Shown piece by piece: positions 39,183 through 51,990 of a stretch of 64,000 nt of DNA (position 1 is its first letter; every line of letters starts with the position of its first letter). Made by a program: the position numbers and the translations under genes. The notes below the pieces were generated by a model. That model saw only the letters and a list, made by a program, of their open reading frames with translations. It was not told where the DNA came from and did not search any database. Source of the DNA: Takakia lepidozioides (taxonomy: Eukaryota > Plantae > Bryophyta); assembly GCA_030704615.1 (NCBI GenBank), contig CM060732.1, positions 4,464,001 to 4,528,000 of the forward strand, read 5' to 3'.

Positions 39183-41164
39183 TGCCTCCCATGCCAGCAG
39201 TCTTTTAGGAAGAGTTGTTAGCGCAGTTTGGCGGGACGTTGAAAGAAGTGTTGAAGGCGGCTAATGCCACTTCCACTAAGGCAAAGTTTAAGGTGAAGCC
39301 TAAGGAACCCGACACCTTCGAGGGCGTCCAAAATCGGAAGGCACTCAACACCTGGCTCTTGGAGCTAGAGCAGTACTTCCGGGCGGCCAAGTTGAGTGAC
39401 GAGGATTGGGTGGAAGTGGCTCCCACCTATTTGAGGGGCTATGCTCAACAATGGTGGCAGAAACGCCTTCACGACCAAGGTCCAAACCCAAAAAACTTGA
39501 GCTGGAGTGGGTTCAAGGAACTTATGAAGAGACAGTTTGTGCCCCTCGACGTGTCCTGGCTCGCCCGGGACAAGATGAGGAATTTGAAGCAAACGGATGA
39601 CATTCGGGGATATGTTCAGGCTTTCAATGTGCTGTAACTCGAAGTCGCAGACATGGCAGAACCAGAATTGGTCTTCATCTTTGTGGCGGGACTGGCCCCA
39701 TGGGCCAGGCGGAAGTTGGAGGAGAAGCCACCTAAGACTTTGAACGAGACAATTGAGAGGGCTGAATGTTTCTCGGATGTCCCTAGGGGCGAAATACAAG
39801 GCCGTACGGAGCTGAACTACAAGAAGGCCCGACGGGAGGGTGACTCCTTCTGATCGGAAAAGAAGTGGGATAGGCCTCCGGCGACAATGGCGTGTGGAAA
39901 TCGAAGGGAGGGACTTCACACGTCAAGGTGGCACCCGGTGCTCCGAAAGAAAAATCAGGTGCGGCGGCTTATGGCGGATAGAAGGCGACCTTCGATGGAG
40001 TGTGCTTTAATTGCGGGGAGCCCGGGCACATGGCCGAGAAGTGCACAAAACCATGACAATTGAACATGACTCGGGCGGCCACGGAGATGTCTGAAGATTC
40101 CATCAGCCGCTTGGTGGAGGCGATGGTCGCCAAGACTTGCAAGGTAGGCAACTACTCTTGTGAGTTGTATCAGGAAACTAGCGCCTTGCGTAAAGGAAGT
40201 CAGTTAATGTTCGTGAATGGGATAATTTCCGGAACTAACGTGTCGTTCTTGGTGGACACAGGAGCGTCGCACTCCTTCATGACACCTGCAACGGCACGAA
40301 AGCTTGGGCTCCCGACAAGTGACGTGGGGGCCTCTATTGAAGTGCATTCTGCCAAAGAAGAACCACAACTAGCGACGAGGTTGGCGTTCGATGTTCCTCT
40401 TTAGTTGGGGAGTTGGGAGGGACGTGAGAACTTCACCATTTGCGAGATCGATGGAGTGGATCTCATTTTGGGGATGACCTTTTTGAGCAAATCCGGAGCG
40501 GTCATAGATGGCCGCAAGAGAATAGTCACGCTACTGTATGGGAATGGTGGCGAAGTTTTACGAGTGTCGGAAACGCCCAACCCGGTGGGAGGGCGAATAA
40601 ACCTGCTGTCAGCAAAGGAGTGGGCCGTGGAGGAGCCACACGAGCCCCAATTTTTGCTTTACGTAAGACAAATGAAGGGAGAATGCGATAGGGAGCCGAG
40701 CCCAGATTGGATCAAGGGGATTTTGGAGAAATACCAGGATGTGATGCCGGAGCGGCTTGCCACCGCGAAGAGGAGTTGACCACAAGATTGAGGTGATACC
40801 GGGATCGGGGCCGCCTGCCAAGGCGCCCTACTGGTTGAGCCACAAAGAGTTGGTCCAGCTGAAGGCTCAGCTCAAGGATCTAATGTCCAAGGGGTACATC
40901 CGGCCGAGTAAGTCACCTTACGGAGCCCTGGTGTTATTCGTAGACAAGAAGGATAGGACGTTGCGGATGTGTATCGATTATAGGCCTCTGAATAAGGTGA
41001 CTATAAAAAACCGGTACCCTTTGCCAAGGATCGACGACCTCTTCGATCGGATGGCAGGAGCGAAGTATTTCAGCCGGATCGATTTGCGCTCCGGCTACCA
41101 TCAAATCCAAATGGCGGAAGGAGATGAGGAGAAGACCGCGTGCATGACAAGATATGGTTCATAT

Positions 41165-42016
41165 CACTACAACAGATCGCGGTAGTTATGATTGCCAAAC
41201 CGTGGTAGTCATGGTTTTCATGACTTTGACCATGACTGTACCATGTTTTTATATGAAATTGACCTCCCGCAGTCGTTCATACGACTGTAGTCAAATGAAC
41301 GACAATCTAAGTAGTCGTCTGTGTGACTACATGGCTCCGGAATGGGCGGAAGGCTGGTCAACGGCAATTGACCAGATTTAGCTCACCATTCATAGTCATT
41401 TCCATGACTACAGTGTACATGGATGAGGTTACATAGTCATGATGACTAATGGGGATTTTGTAATTTGGTGTGTATAATACAATTAAAACACCATATGATC
41501 ATATGAATGACTAATGGGAGTATTGGTTAACAGGTAGTGAACTATAACTCTTATAGTAAAGAGGTTGCAGGTTCAAACTCCTCTAAGTACAATCAAATGG
41601 ATAATATGGCCCTAGGGTTAGTAGACGAGCTAGGGATAGCACGTGGTACCCTAGATGGACTGTCACGTGGTTTTTTTTAATTATAAAATGCATTATGCCA
41701 CGTGGCACAATGCGGTGCGACGTGGCGTTTGACATATGTTTTTATTTTTTTAGTTTATTTATTTTATTTTATTTTAATTTTTTTAATCAATTGCGCCTTG
41801 CCACGTGGCGCAGCAGCAGCGGCTGCAGTATGGTATATATGACTGCAGTGAGAGATATCACTTGGTTCATCTGACTGTAGTCATCCAGACCGTACCATCC
41901 TGTACTAATTGTATTGACTTGGTTTGCACGACTTACAGTCATAGAAGTCATATGTACCGTTTATGACTGCAGAATAGTCATATATACAGTCATAAATGTC
42001 AAGATCTGTTATAGTG
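41165..42016. mobile_element. Non-autonomous CACTA (En/Spm) element, 852 bp, inserted in RT of the outer chromovirus
   Basis: TIRs are CACTACAACAGATC and GATCTGTTATAGTG, with a 3-bp TSD TAT (41162-41164 and 42017-42019). There are subterminal atgact/agtcat repeats. Removing it restores [12 protein letters not shown]. Confidence 0.95.
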
Positions 42017-43393
42017 TATGAGTTATTGGTGATGCCTTCTGGGCTCACCAACGCACCCGCGACCTTTAGCACGCTAATGAACAGCCTTTTCTAGGAGTGG
42101 TTGGATGACTGTTGTGATCGTGTACATTGACGACATCTTGGTGTACTCGAAAACAAAGGAAAAGCACCTGGAGCACCTCAAAAGGGTGTTCCATAAATTG
42201 CGGGAAGGGAAGCTGTATGTCAAAGCTTCAAAGTGCGAATTTGGGGTCACAAAAGTGGAGTTCTTAGTACATGTGATTACACAGGATGGGAACAAAATGG
42301 ATGACAGAAAGGTGAGGGCGATCTTGGACTGGGAGCCTCCGACTTCGGTCCCGAGAGTGCGATCATTCCTAGGACTCGCCTCCAATTACCGAAAGTATGT
42401 GAGAAATTTCGCCAAGATCGCGGGGCCACTGTCAGACTTTCTGTCGTGCGCATACATATCGCTACACAACTACATCGCTGTCCAAAACCACACAACACAT
42501 GTGCACACCACACACTAGTATACCACTAGTCTACCACTAGTCCAGCCACTAGTCCAACCACTAGGCTACAACTAGTCAGTCACTAGGCTGCCACTACGCT
42601 GCCCACTATGGCAGTCACTAGTCCACACAATGATAAAGAAGAAGAATACAAGCACAAGCTCATGCGAGCTCACAAAGCTGAAGCATAAACTCATGCATAT
42701 ATAACCTCATCACTCAAATACAAGTCAAGCCAAGTGCACCCCACGCCATGGGGAATCCACACTACGGCGCCATAGCTAGGCGCGGTGAGGCTCAACTCGA
42801 GAAAGATGAGCCTCCCGCGCTTGCCGTGAAGATAACCACTCCAGGGCCTAAATCTGCCTTGACCTGGATTGACACTTGGGCCAATCCCAAATGTCAATAT
42901 GTAAAAGCTAGCTATTTCCTAGCTAGTTTCACACTAGTGGTAAAATAACTTGACAGCTGTCGTGCGCATACATATCGCTACACAACTACATCGCTGTCCA
43001 AAACCACACAACACATGTGCACACCACCACTAGTATACCACTAGTCCAGCCACTAGTCCAACCACTAGGCTACAACTAGTCAGTCACTAGGCTGCCACTA
43101 CGCTGCCCACTATGGCAGTCACTAGTCCACACAATCGCCCCCCTAGCTGGTGCTTAGGTCCCTCTAAGTCCAGGTAGCCACAAGATGTGATAGTGACCAT
43201 AGCCTCACTAAGTCCTCCACCACTATCCCTACTACACTCAAACTCGATAGATCAAGAGGCCGGGTGCAAGAGTTGCCCCATCGTTAGTCGCCGTCTTGCA
43301 ACCTGTGAACTTGAGCTTGGGATCTCATGTATTGACTCCTATGAGCTTGGCCTCCCATGTCTTGTTAGCTGCCTCCAGTCATGTCCACTGCCA

Positions 43394-43540
43394 CTATCCC
43401 AAGCAGTGTGGACACAACCAATCTCCGTCAGGAACCTTCTCAAGAGGTGGTGTCAAGCATCCCATATGCCAACCCCTTGAGCATCGATCACACACCAGCA
43501 TGGTGGCTGCCCCTTTGGCAGACCCACAGAGCATGCACCT
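43394..43540 (-). CDS. PHD finger at the C-terminus of the pol polyprotein
   Basis: CMLC..MLVCDRCSRGWHMGCLTPPLEKVPDGDWLCPHC is a canonical C4-H-C3 pattern with the conserved W. Confidence 0.93.
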   Translation of the reverse strand, partial: RCMLCGSAKGAATMLVCDRCSRGWHMGCLTPPLEKVPDGDWLCPHCLG

Positions 43541-43599
43541 CAAACCTGCAGGTACCACTGCCAAGTTTGGGTCAACTCTGCCATCGACATTGGGAAGGT

Positions 43600-44660
43600 G
43601 ACATGGCGCACAATTACGCACATGGTCCTTCCAAGTCATGCCATCCCGACCCTCAAGATCAGGACCCCTGGGGCAACACCTCTCGAACCCTCAGAAAACA
43701 CGCCCTGCAGTAACATCCAGAGTCGTAGGAGCAGTCTGCTGCAAATAAACATAGTCACCAGGGCTAAACCTCCGAACCCCAGGACGATATCCTCCACCAC
43801 GTATAGTGGCATACCTCAACGTATCACGGTGCTGTGCAATGGCAAGGTTCTCAAAAGCCATGGGCATGACTTTCTTGAACAACTCTGCACGCTGATCACA
43901 TGCACGTACCCACACGTCCGGATCGTCAAGGTTAAGGACTTGAGCAGTGTCCCTACGAATGGCTGCAGGCAAATCCGGCTCTCGGCCAAAGAGAAGGAAA
44001 TATGGTGAGAAGGAGGCAAGTGATGCTTGTTTGCTGAACCTGTAGCCCATGGCTAACCAAGGAACCTGAAGATCCCAATCTCCTAGGTGTCCCTTCTGCA
44101 AGCCATACTTGCGCAAACCCCTCTTCACCGTCTGAACAACTCTCTCTGCTAAGCCATCGGCCTCAGGATGATCCCGAGAAGTGGTGCGGTGGTCTATCAA
44201 GGCTTTATCACACAAAGCCTGAAACTCCCCCAAGAACTCTCTCCCTTGGTCCGTGAGTACCTCAGCTGGAGCACCAAATCGGCTAAGCACACGATCCAAG
44301 AATGCATACGCAGCCCCCTCACTAGCCTTGTCAGGCAATGGAACCAACTCAATCCACTTGGAGAAGTGCTCCACCATCACCAACACATATCTGTGGTGGC
44401 GCATAGTCAGTGGCAACGGTCCTGCGAAGTCAAGACTCCACCTGTAGCCCAATCCCATGATAGGTAAAGGATGCAACTGTGGTGTAGGGGCGTTGAATGA
44501 AGAAGCACCCTGTCACACACCATGCACCTAGCCACAAACTGTTGCACCTCTGTATGCATACCACGCCACCAATACTGCCCCTGCAGTAAACTGTGAGTGC
44601 GTCGCACTCCAAAATGCCCCAACTCCTCATGGGCATGCCGCACTAACCGTGCACGCTGTG
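43600..44660 (-). CDS. DDE integrase (HHCC zinc finger plus rve core), frameshifted
   Basis: HAHEELGHFG..CMVC; WSLDFAGP, VLTDQGREF, HPEADGLAERVVQTVK. Confidence 0.93.
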
Positions 44661-45017
44661 TGGGGTGAGGCACAATCCTCACCCGACCATCCTCCCACAC
44701 TCGAAGTAGGTGTATCCCCTGTTGCAGGATCCGATCCCTCTCCCTGGCAGTCACAATGGCTGCCGTGTCTCCCGTGCGGAGGTAGTCCAACACAGCCGAA
44801 TCCTCATGTATATCTCTGGCACCACCTAGCTCATCACTAGCCTCAGGGTCCTCAGACACTCCGTCTACAGTCATCCCTGTTGTAGGTCCAATCTGACCTC
44901 CCGATGCCAAGATACACAAAAATGCAGATGCGTGCCATCCCGGCACCATCTCCTCGTCCGTCTCACCATGCCACCGAGCTCCAGTGTCATCCTGCTGGCT
45001 CATGCATGGATTGCGAC

Positions 45018-46343
45018 TCAATCCATCCGCATCCCGATTGACCAAACCCGGTCGATGCACAACTGAAAGTCATACTCCTGGAGTATAAGTGCCCACCGTG
45101 CAAGCTTCCCCGTAAGCTTGTCTGACTCCATCAACCACTTGAGTGGCTGGTGATCCGTGACAAGGGTGAAAAGATTGCCGTATAGATAGCACCTGAAGTG
45201 TGCCACGGCCCACACTGCAGCTAAGCACTCTCCCTCATATGAGCTGTACTTAGCCTCTGCAGCGTTGTTCGAGCGGCTAGCGTAAGCCACTACGAACTCT
45301 CTTCCCTCATCATCCACCTGTGTGAGCACCGCTCCAAGCCCCAGCATGCTCCAATCCGTATGCAGCTGAAAGGGACGCCCCCTGATAGGTCGTCTCAAGA
45401 TAGGCGCCGAGGTCAACCTCGCCTTGAGCTCTTGAAAAGCTCGTTCCTGCTCATCTTCCCACTGCCACTCCTGGTCCACCTTGGTCAGCTTGGTTAGAGC
45501 CTTTGCAATGGTACTAAATCCCTTGACAAACCGTCTATAATAGTTTGCCAACCCCATGAAAGCTCGAACTCGGCTCACATCCGTGGGGCGTGGAATTTTT
45601 GTGCAATGGCCTCTACCTTAGTCTGCTGTACCCCCAATCCTCCAGGATATATCATGTGACCCAGATACTCAATCTGGTTGTGGAAAAACTTGCACTTCCC
45701 CGGATGCAACTTCAATCCGTGCGCTCTCAAGCGCTCCAATACCACCTGAAGGTCTCTCATGCTCCTCCATCGTAACACTAAAGATGATGATGTCATCTAT
45801 GTAGCACCGAGCAAAGTCCACCCCTGCTAGAATCCTATCCATGACTCTCTGAAACTCTGCAGGAGCATTCTTAAGCCCAAATGGTAAGAACCGCCACTGA
45901 TATAGGCAATCCTTGCCGTGCTCATTGATCCCCCAGAATGCCGTCTTCTGCTTGTCCGCCTCCTTGATTGGCAACTGGTGATATCCGGATCGTAAATCCA
46001 AAGTGCTAAAGGCCTTAGCATGCCCGATGGCATCAAAGATCTCCTCTGGTGTTGGCATGGCATACTTATCGGACTTGGTCTGACGATTTACAGGCCGGTA
46101 ATCACCGCACATACGTCTCTCCGTCCAATTGCCATAGACATCCTTCTTGGCTGGCATCACTGTGGCTGAAGCATACTCTCCACCAGAGAGCTCCACCAAA
46201 CCTGCCTCCCAGAGATCTTGAGTCCTCATCTGAATCAAAGACCTCTCCATGTCACTGTATCTATAGGGTCTCCGAAAGATTGGCGTGTCAGTGGCCAACT
46301 CAATACGGATCTCTTGACCCTTCAGTGCTCCCAAGTCCTTCAA
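45018..46343 (-). CDS. Reverse transcriptase plus RNase H of the DNMT-gypsy element (frameshifted)
   Basis: [72 protein letters not shown]. Confidence 0.95.
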
Positions 46344-46794
46344 ACTGAAGGCAAAGCAATTCCTGTAAGCCCTCAGGAACCGCCGTATACGTCGTCTCTC
46401 TCCTCCGGTGACAATGGGTCCAATGTCAGGCTCCCAATTGTCCTCCGTAACTACAACCTTAAGTCCAGTGGGCTTAGAGGTAGAGGACGCGTCCGTGGTT
46501 GCTATGCTGCAACCTCTTGAGCAGTACTCCCTACCTGCTCAGTCAATGACAAGGCCTCATCCTGCCCCATCATCTCATCCTTGAGGACCTCCTCAACCGA
46601 GAAGAATCCCCAACCTCATCCATCACAGCCGCCTTGGCTGCCAACTCCCTCTGAACTCGAGCACCTCCCACGTGTGCCATGGATGCATGCACCCCGTGGT
46701 CCTCATATGCTCGCCCCCACTCACTGCCTGTACCGTCTCGGTAGGCAGAGAGACCATTGAGGGAAGTGTATTCCGCACTCTGCGTTGCTCAGCA

Positions 46795-47710
46795 GAGCCA
46801 AGCTGATAATCCAGGTCAAGCAATTGAGATCCATTGCTTGCCCCAACACTTGACGACGTGATGCCTCAGAAAGAGACGACACCGCCGTGGTACCAGTGGT
46901 AAAACCCATTGCCCGCTCACGCTCGTCAGCATTAGGCTCCACTAACTGCTGCAACTGAGCATCCCACAGGAGGCCAGGTCCACTATCCCGGAAAGCATGC
47001 GATCCTGGGAAGCTGAGCAGTGTAGGTAATGCTGCTCGTGGTTGACCCACCTTGTTGACCACTGCCAAAGGCGAACGGTCATCGTGTCTCACACGTTGAG
47101 ACTGCCTCCCTGTGTCCAGAATGTTATCCACTGTGAGATGTGCTGGCCGCTGCACCCCATCAAATGCACGCTTGAGCAGTGCGGGTGGCATCAGTTAGTC
47201 CACCATAGCCGTGGACGATGAGCCCGTGACCCCACTGTAGCTGCATAGCAACACTGCTGACCCAAGCCACCGGACTTGATGCACACTGGCCATCACCCTG
47301 GCCCGAGAATCGCCCATCAGTGGCACATTGCTGCAAGTGGCGCAAAACCCGCACCATCTCCCAAAACAGACCCGACCTCGAGTCTCGCAATCCATTGCCA
47401 TGCCCGGCTGATGAATGCCCTTGGCAGGGCCAACCTGCCACTACCAGATCAATGGAGCCAACCCGCTCCAAATCCTGCGCCCCCAGCAACGAAATGTCTG
47501 CTGGCAAGGCCTGCTGATATCCACGAATTGCAGACACCGACAACAACTCAGGGTACCGCTGCACCAACTGAGCAACATGGCGAAGTGAAACGCGTCGTGC
47601 AGTCTCATCCCTCTCCACATACAGGTAACGCCGAACTCGTACACCTGCCTGTAACACAGCAGCCAATCCGGTGCTGATCCCGCCAAACAAGTCCAGAAGA
47701 CAAATGCCTT
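46795..47710 (-). CDS. C5 cytosine DNA methyltransferase catalytic domain (DNMT3-like) inside the retrotransposon polyprotein
   Basis: Motifs occur in canonical order: I LDLFGGIS, II YVERD, III ADI, IV AGWPCQG (47421-47429), V GLRDSRSGLFWE, VI (E)NV at a frameshift/deletion, VIII AHRPRLWWTN, IX EPNADERERAMGF, X RRQVLGQAMD. Motifs I-V are in the same ORF as the protease (47160-48461). Confidence 0.92.
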
Positions 47711-48099
47711 CATCCGGAGACTGCCACACAATAGGTGTGGTGTCCAATGGAGACAATTGAGGTGGTCCTGGTGCAATCCCCACACTCTCCTCCTCTCCTG
47801 ACGGTACAAAAGCCTCCACCCAGGCTTGTTGCACCCGTCGATCAGCATCCCGCTGCAAATCCTTGCTCGTGCCCCACAATGGAGTCTGAGCAACCATGGT
47901 AGGCAACTCCGCCATACCATACATGTCATCCTGCTCTCCCGGAGGTGGTACATCCTCTGAATGAGCATTGCCCTCAAGCAACTCTCTAGGCCAACTCACT
48001 GCCGCTGTGAATGCTGCTAGTGTCGGCATCTTGCCTCGCTGGGCAACCGCAACTCCTCCTATGAACGTCACAGGGAGCTGCACACGCCGGCCCTCCCCT

Positions 48100-48461
48100 G
48101 ACTGCCATGCAGGCCTATAGGAAGCTGACTCCTCCCAAAAATCCAGGGTGAAGCCCATGGGGTACAACACTGCCCCACCAACCAGGACATCGTATGAGAC
48201 TGCGTCTGTCACAATGGCCTTGGCTCGCATCACTGAGCCATCTGTAGGGTGATCCGGCCGTAGTCTGATAGCCAACTCACGCCGTGTCATGCCCCGAGCC
48301 TGCTCCGATCCTCCCAGAGACGTCTGTATCTGGAAAGGACAAGGCTCCATATCCGCCTCCGTGAGGCCCAAGCCTGCAATAGCAGCTCTGCCCAGCATCA
48401 ATGGCTGAGCTCCCGAGTCCAACAAGACCGCAGTGGCGGTACCTCTTGCCTGCCGGTCCAC
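48100..48461 (-). CDS. Retropepsin aspartic protease
   Basis: VLLDSGAQPLMLG and YDVLVGG motifs. Confidence 0.88.
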
Positions 48462-49186
48462 TCAAACAGAAAATGCCATCCTGGTTGTCTAACATGACAA
48501 CTCCAGGTGTCACCATGGCGCGCTCAATGGCTGGCCTAGCTGGCAGCTCCATCAACCTGGCAGCTGCAGCTTGCCATGGCGCCGCCGTGGCAGTCTTGAC
48601 CCTCAAATCCGAGGATCCCTCCGGCACTACACCTCCCACTATCTCCGCAGAAGATGAAGTAACCTCCCCACTCTCACAGAGTGTAGCTGCCAGCCTGAAC
48701 ACCTCAGCTGGTCTTACCCCCGGCGTCGCAATCATGGTAGCCGAGAACAATGGAGCCTGGCACACAGATGTGGCCGCTCCTAGCAGCACACTAGCTGCCG
48801 TAGCCTTGGCAACACTAGGTAGTGGTGCTACCCGTGTAGCTCTCCCCAATGGCATAGTAACCTCCGCCTCGGTAACAGTCGGGCGAGAACTAGGTGCCAT
48901 GGATGGCGTCGACACTGTCTCCGCCAATGTGAATGACTGAGGAAGCCTAGCCTGACGGCTTGCCTCCCCACGCTGTGGATCCAACTCCACCTCTGCACCT
49001 CGTGGCTCAGGAACTCGTGCTGCTCCTCGAGTCACGGCTGCAGCAGACTCCACCTGCACTAGTGGTAGTGCTGCTCCACACATGAATCCCATGCCTCCCA
49101 TATCTCCTCCCTCAGGAGCAGGAGGTGGACCATCCGCCTTAGAGCCGGTACCACCTGAGCTGTAGCCATGGCAGCGAGCCTCTGCT

Positions 49187-50420
49187 CTAGCTGCTGAAGC
49201 CGGTTGGCCATGCCTTGGTCAACACCCTGACCTCCGCGTCCTGGCCACGTTGAGCTTGCCCTTGGCCTGCACCTCGTGGCTGGCCACCTCGTCCTCTGGG
49301 CTGCTCCACCTCGCCCCCGGCCACCATTGTTCCTTGGAACTGGCCTGGGCGCAACTCAGGATGCAAACCATAACACTGGGCCTCTCCATGCCCGTGCTTG
49401 CCACAATGCCCACACTGCAACTGTGCAGGCTGTGCATGTGCCGGCCCTTTGCCTCCCTCTGGGCAATCCTTCTTGACATGGGGTCCTCCACATGTCCAGC
49501 ACACCACATCCGCCCGTTGTTGGCCAGCAAATGAAGGAGAGACCCCTGCATCTGAGGTCCTCTCTGCCCTTCCCTGAGCTTCACCTGAGCCCCCTTGTTG
49601 CCTTGAGCACGTTGAGGTAGTGGTTGGCTAGGAGCACCACTACCCCGTGGTGTCTCCTTAGCAAATCCCACCATGACCACTCGTTCCTCCACCATGTTGA
49701 GCTCTATCCGCTGCCAGCAAAAACACATTTGCTAAGGTGGGTTGGGCCGCTTGTAGGAGAGTTGCATCCCGCACCCTTCTCCTCAGCTCCTTGTCCAATA
49801 TCCCATACCAGAATTGGACTGCCTGAGCTTCCGTAACCCCTTGGGTTACATTTATCAAGCGCCTCATGCGAGTGAAAGCCTCCCTCAAGCTCTCGGTCGG
49901 CTTCCGTTGGAACTCTTGCAAGCTCCGCAACTTCTCTGTCCTCACCCCTTGGTAGTTCCCTCTCAACTCTTCGAAGAACTCCACAACAGGGTTGAAGGCA
50001 GGCACGGGTGCTAGTGCTGGTGCGGTAGTGGCTTGGGTGGACGTCGTAGCTACTGTACCACCAGTCCCACTGCTGCTGCTGCTGAAGCTGCCGGTGCAGC
50101 GGCAGGTGTAGCCACTGCCCTCGTGGCTCTAGTGCCCCTAGTGATGGAGACATAGTCGGGTGACCAGTACATCCTCCACTCCTCGATCTCAACCTCATGC
50201 CCCCGCCTGAACTCATGGTAATCATCCATAGGCGGCCCCTCAAGGTGCTGAAACAGCCCTTCCATGCCATGAACGGCGTAAATAGTTGTGGATTGCGCAT
50301 TTGCTGCAAATCACACCAACTATCAAACTCTTGGATAAAATCATCCAACTCGATGGTGCCCACCGCCCCAGAGTACCTTCGTGGCCCCTTGGTAGCTCCA
50401 TACATCTCCTCCATTGTGTC
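49187..50420 (-). CDS. Gag with two CCHC-type zinc knuckles (frameshifted)
   Basis: PRRYSG..LDDFIQEFDSWC, LQEFQRKPTESLREAFTRM, CWTCGGPHVKKDC, CGHCGKHGHGEAQC. Confidence 0.85.
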
Positions 50421-50859
50421 CCACAAATGGCAAAGAAACAACTTGCACCGCCGGTATGAGTCCTCCTGATTCACAATCCGAATCAGAACCTTCCGTGGAA
50501 GACACAGGAGGTGAAGGTGGCCTAAACCGCACACCTCGTCTCGTGTACCCACTAGTATCGCTAGTGCTCGAACCGGCACTGTCCCCAGCAACTAGTGGCA
50601 CCTCCGTGTTGACACTCAACCGGTCATGAACATGTCCCTAACCCCCTCTCCACAAGGTAACCGGGTAGAGAACCTGTTGCGGCTTATGGTTTGGAATACT
50701 AAGTTCCTAACATAGACCTGAACTTGCATGACCATGGAATATCATGAAGCTCAAACCGCCCTCCACGAGCTTCAAAATTCGGCCTTCCAGACCACATGCC
50801 AGTCCTTAGTCCACCAGTGCCTCCACGAGTCAGCACAGGCCATCCACAGGTGCACAGGC

Positions 50860-51990
50860 CCACACAGCTCACTGGTCACACAGTTAACAGAACAGCCTTT
50901 GTTTTTTTTCTGTTTTCTTTCCTGTCACAACAGCCCGTTCATTTTTGTCACAGGCCCGTTTTTTTTGTTTTTTTTTTGGGTTTTCACAAGGGCCTTGTTT
51001 TCTTTTTCACAATAATCCAACATTTTGTTTCTTTTGTTTGTTTTCTGTTTTCTTTCTTCTTAACAGAACATTTTTCTCTAAGCTCAGATCTCACAGGGGC
51101 CGGGTTCTTTCTTCTTTTTTTTCTTTCACACAGACACAGGGCACACATTCATTTTTCTTTCATTTCCATTGGGCACATTACAGGCATCACAACAACATTC
51201 AGTCTTTTCACACAGCCCGTTTCACAGGGCATTTTGTTCACAACATTCACAGTCACAGCCCTCACAGGGGGCCTCAGGCAACAGGCCTTTGTGTCACAGC
51301 ACAGCCTGTCACACAGCCCGTCCATGTCACACACAGCCCGTTTCACAGGGACACGGCCTGTCACAGTCACAGGGCCCACACAGCACAGTTCCTCACAGCC
51401 TTCACAGCCCCAAAGGCCAGTCACAGCCCTCACAGCCGTCACAGCCTCAAAGGGGCACGGCCTGTCACAGCCCCTCACAGCCCGTCACAGCCCAAAGGCC
51501 TGGCCTGTCACAGCCCCTCACAGCCCATCACACACAACAGGTTGTCACAGCCCCTCACAGCCCGTCACAGCCCCAAAGGCCTCAGGCACGGCCTGTCACA
51601 GCAGCCGTCACAGCCCCAAACACGGCCTGTCACAGTCACATTCACAACAGGCCTGCCTGTCACAGGCCCACAGCAGCCGTCACAGGGGGCACAGCCTGTG
51701 GGTTGTCAGACACAGCCCGTCACAGCCCCACAGGGCACAGGGCCTCACAGCCCCACAGGGGCCTGTCACAGCCCCTTTCACAGCCCCAAAGGGGCACAGC
51801 CGTCACAGCCCGTCACAGCCCCACACAGCACACCGTCACAGCCCCAGGCCACTGGGCACAGCCTGTCCACAGCCCGTCACAGCCCCACAGGCACAGGGCA
51901 CAGCCTGTCACAGCCCATCACAGCCTGTCACAGTTCACAGCCCGTCACAGCTGCCTTTCACACACAGCCTGTCACAGCCCCACACATGGC
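50860..51990. repeat. TCACAG/CTGTCACAGCC degenerate minisatellite in the element leader
   Basis: Dozens of (c/g)tcacagcc units. Confidence 0.9.

Noticed and set aside
46795-47710. Host DRM/DNMT3 gene or bacterial restriction-modification contamination
   Set aside because: The domain is intronless, in frame with the retroviral protease and bounded by the element's LTR blocks. Motif order is not permuted as in DRM, and there is no restriction endonuclease or bacterial context.
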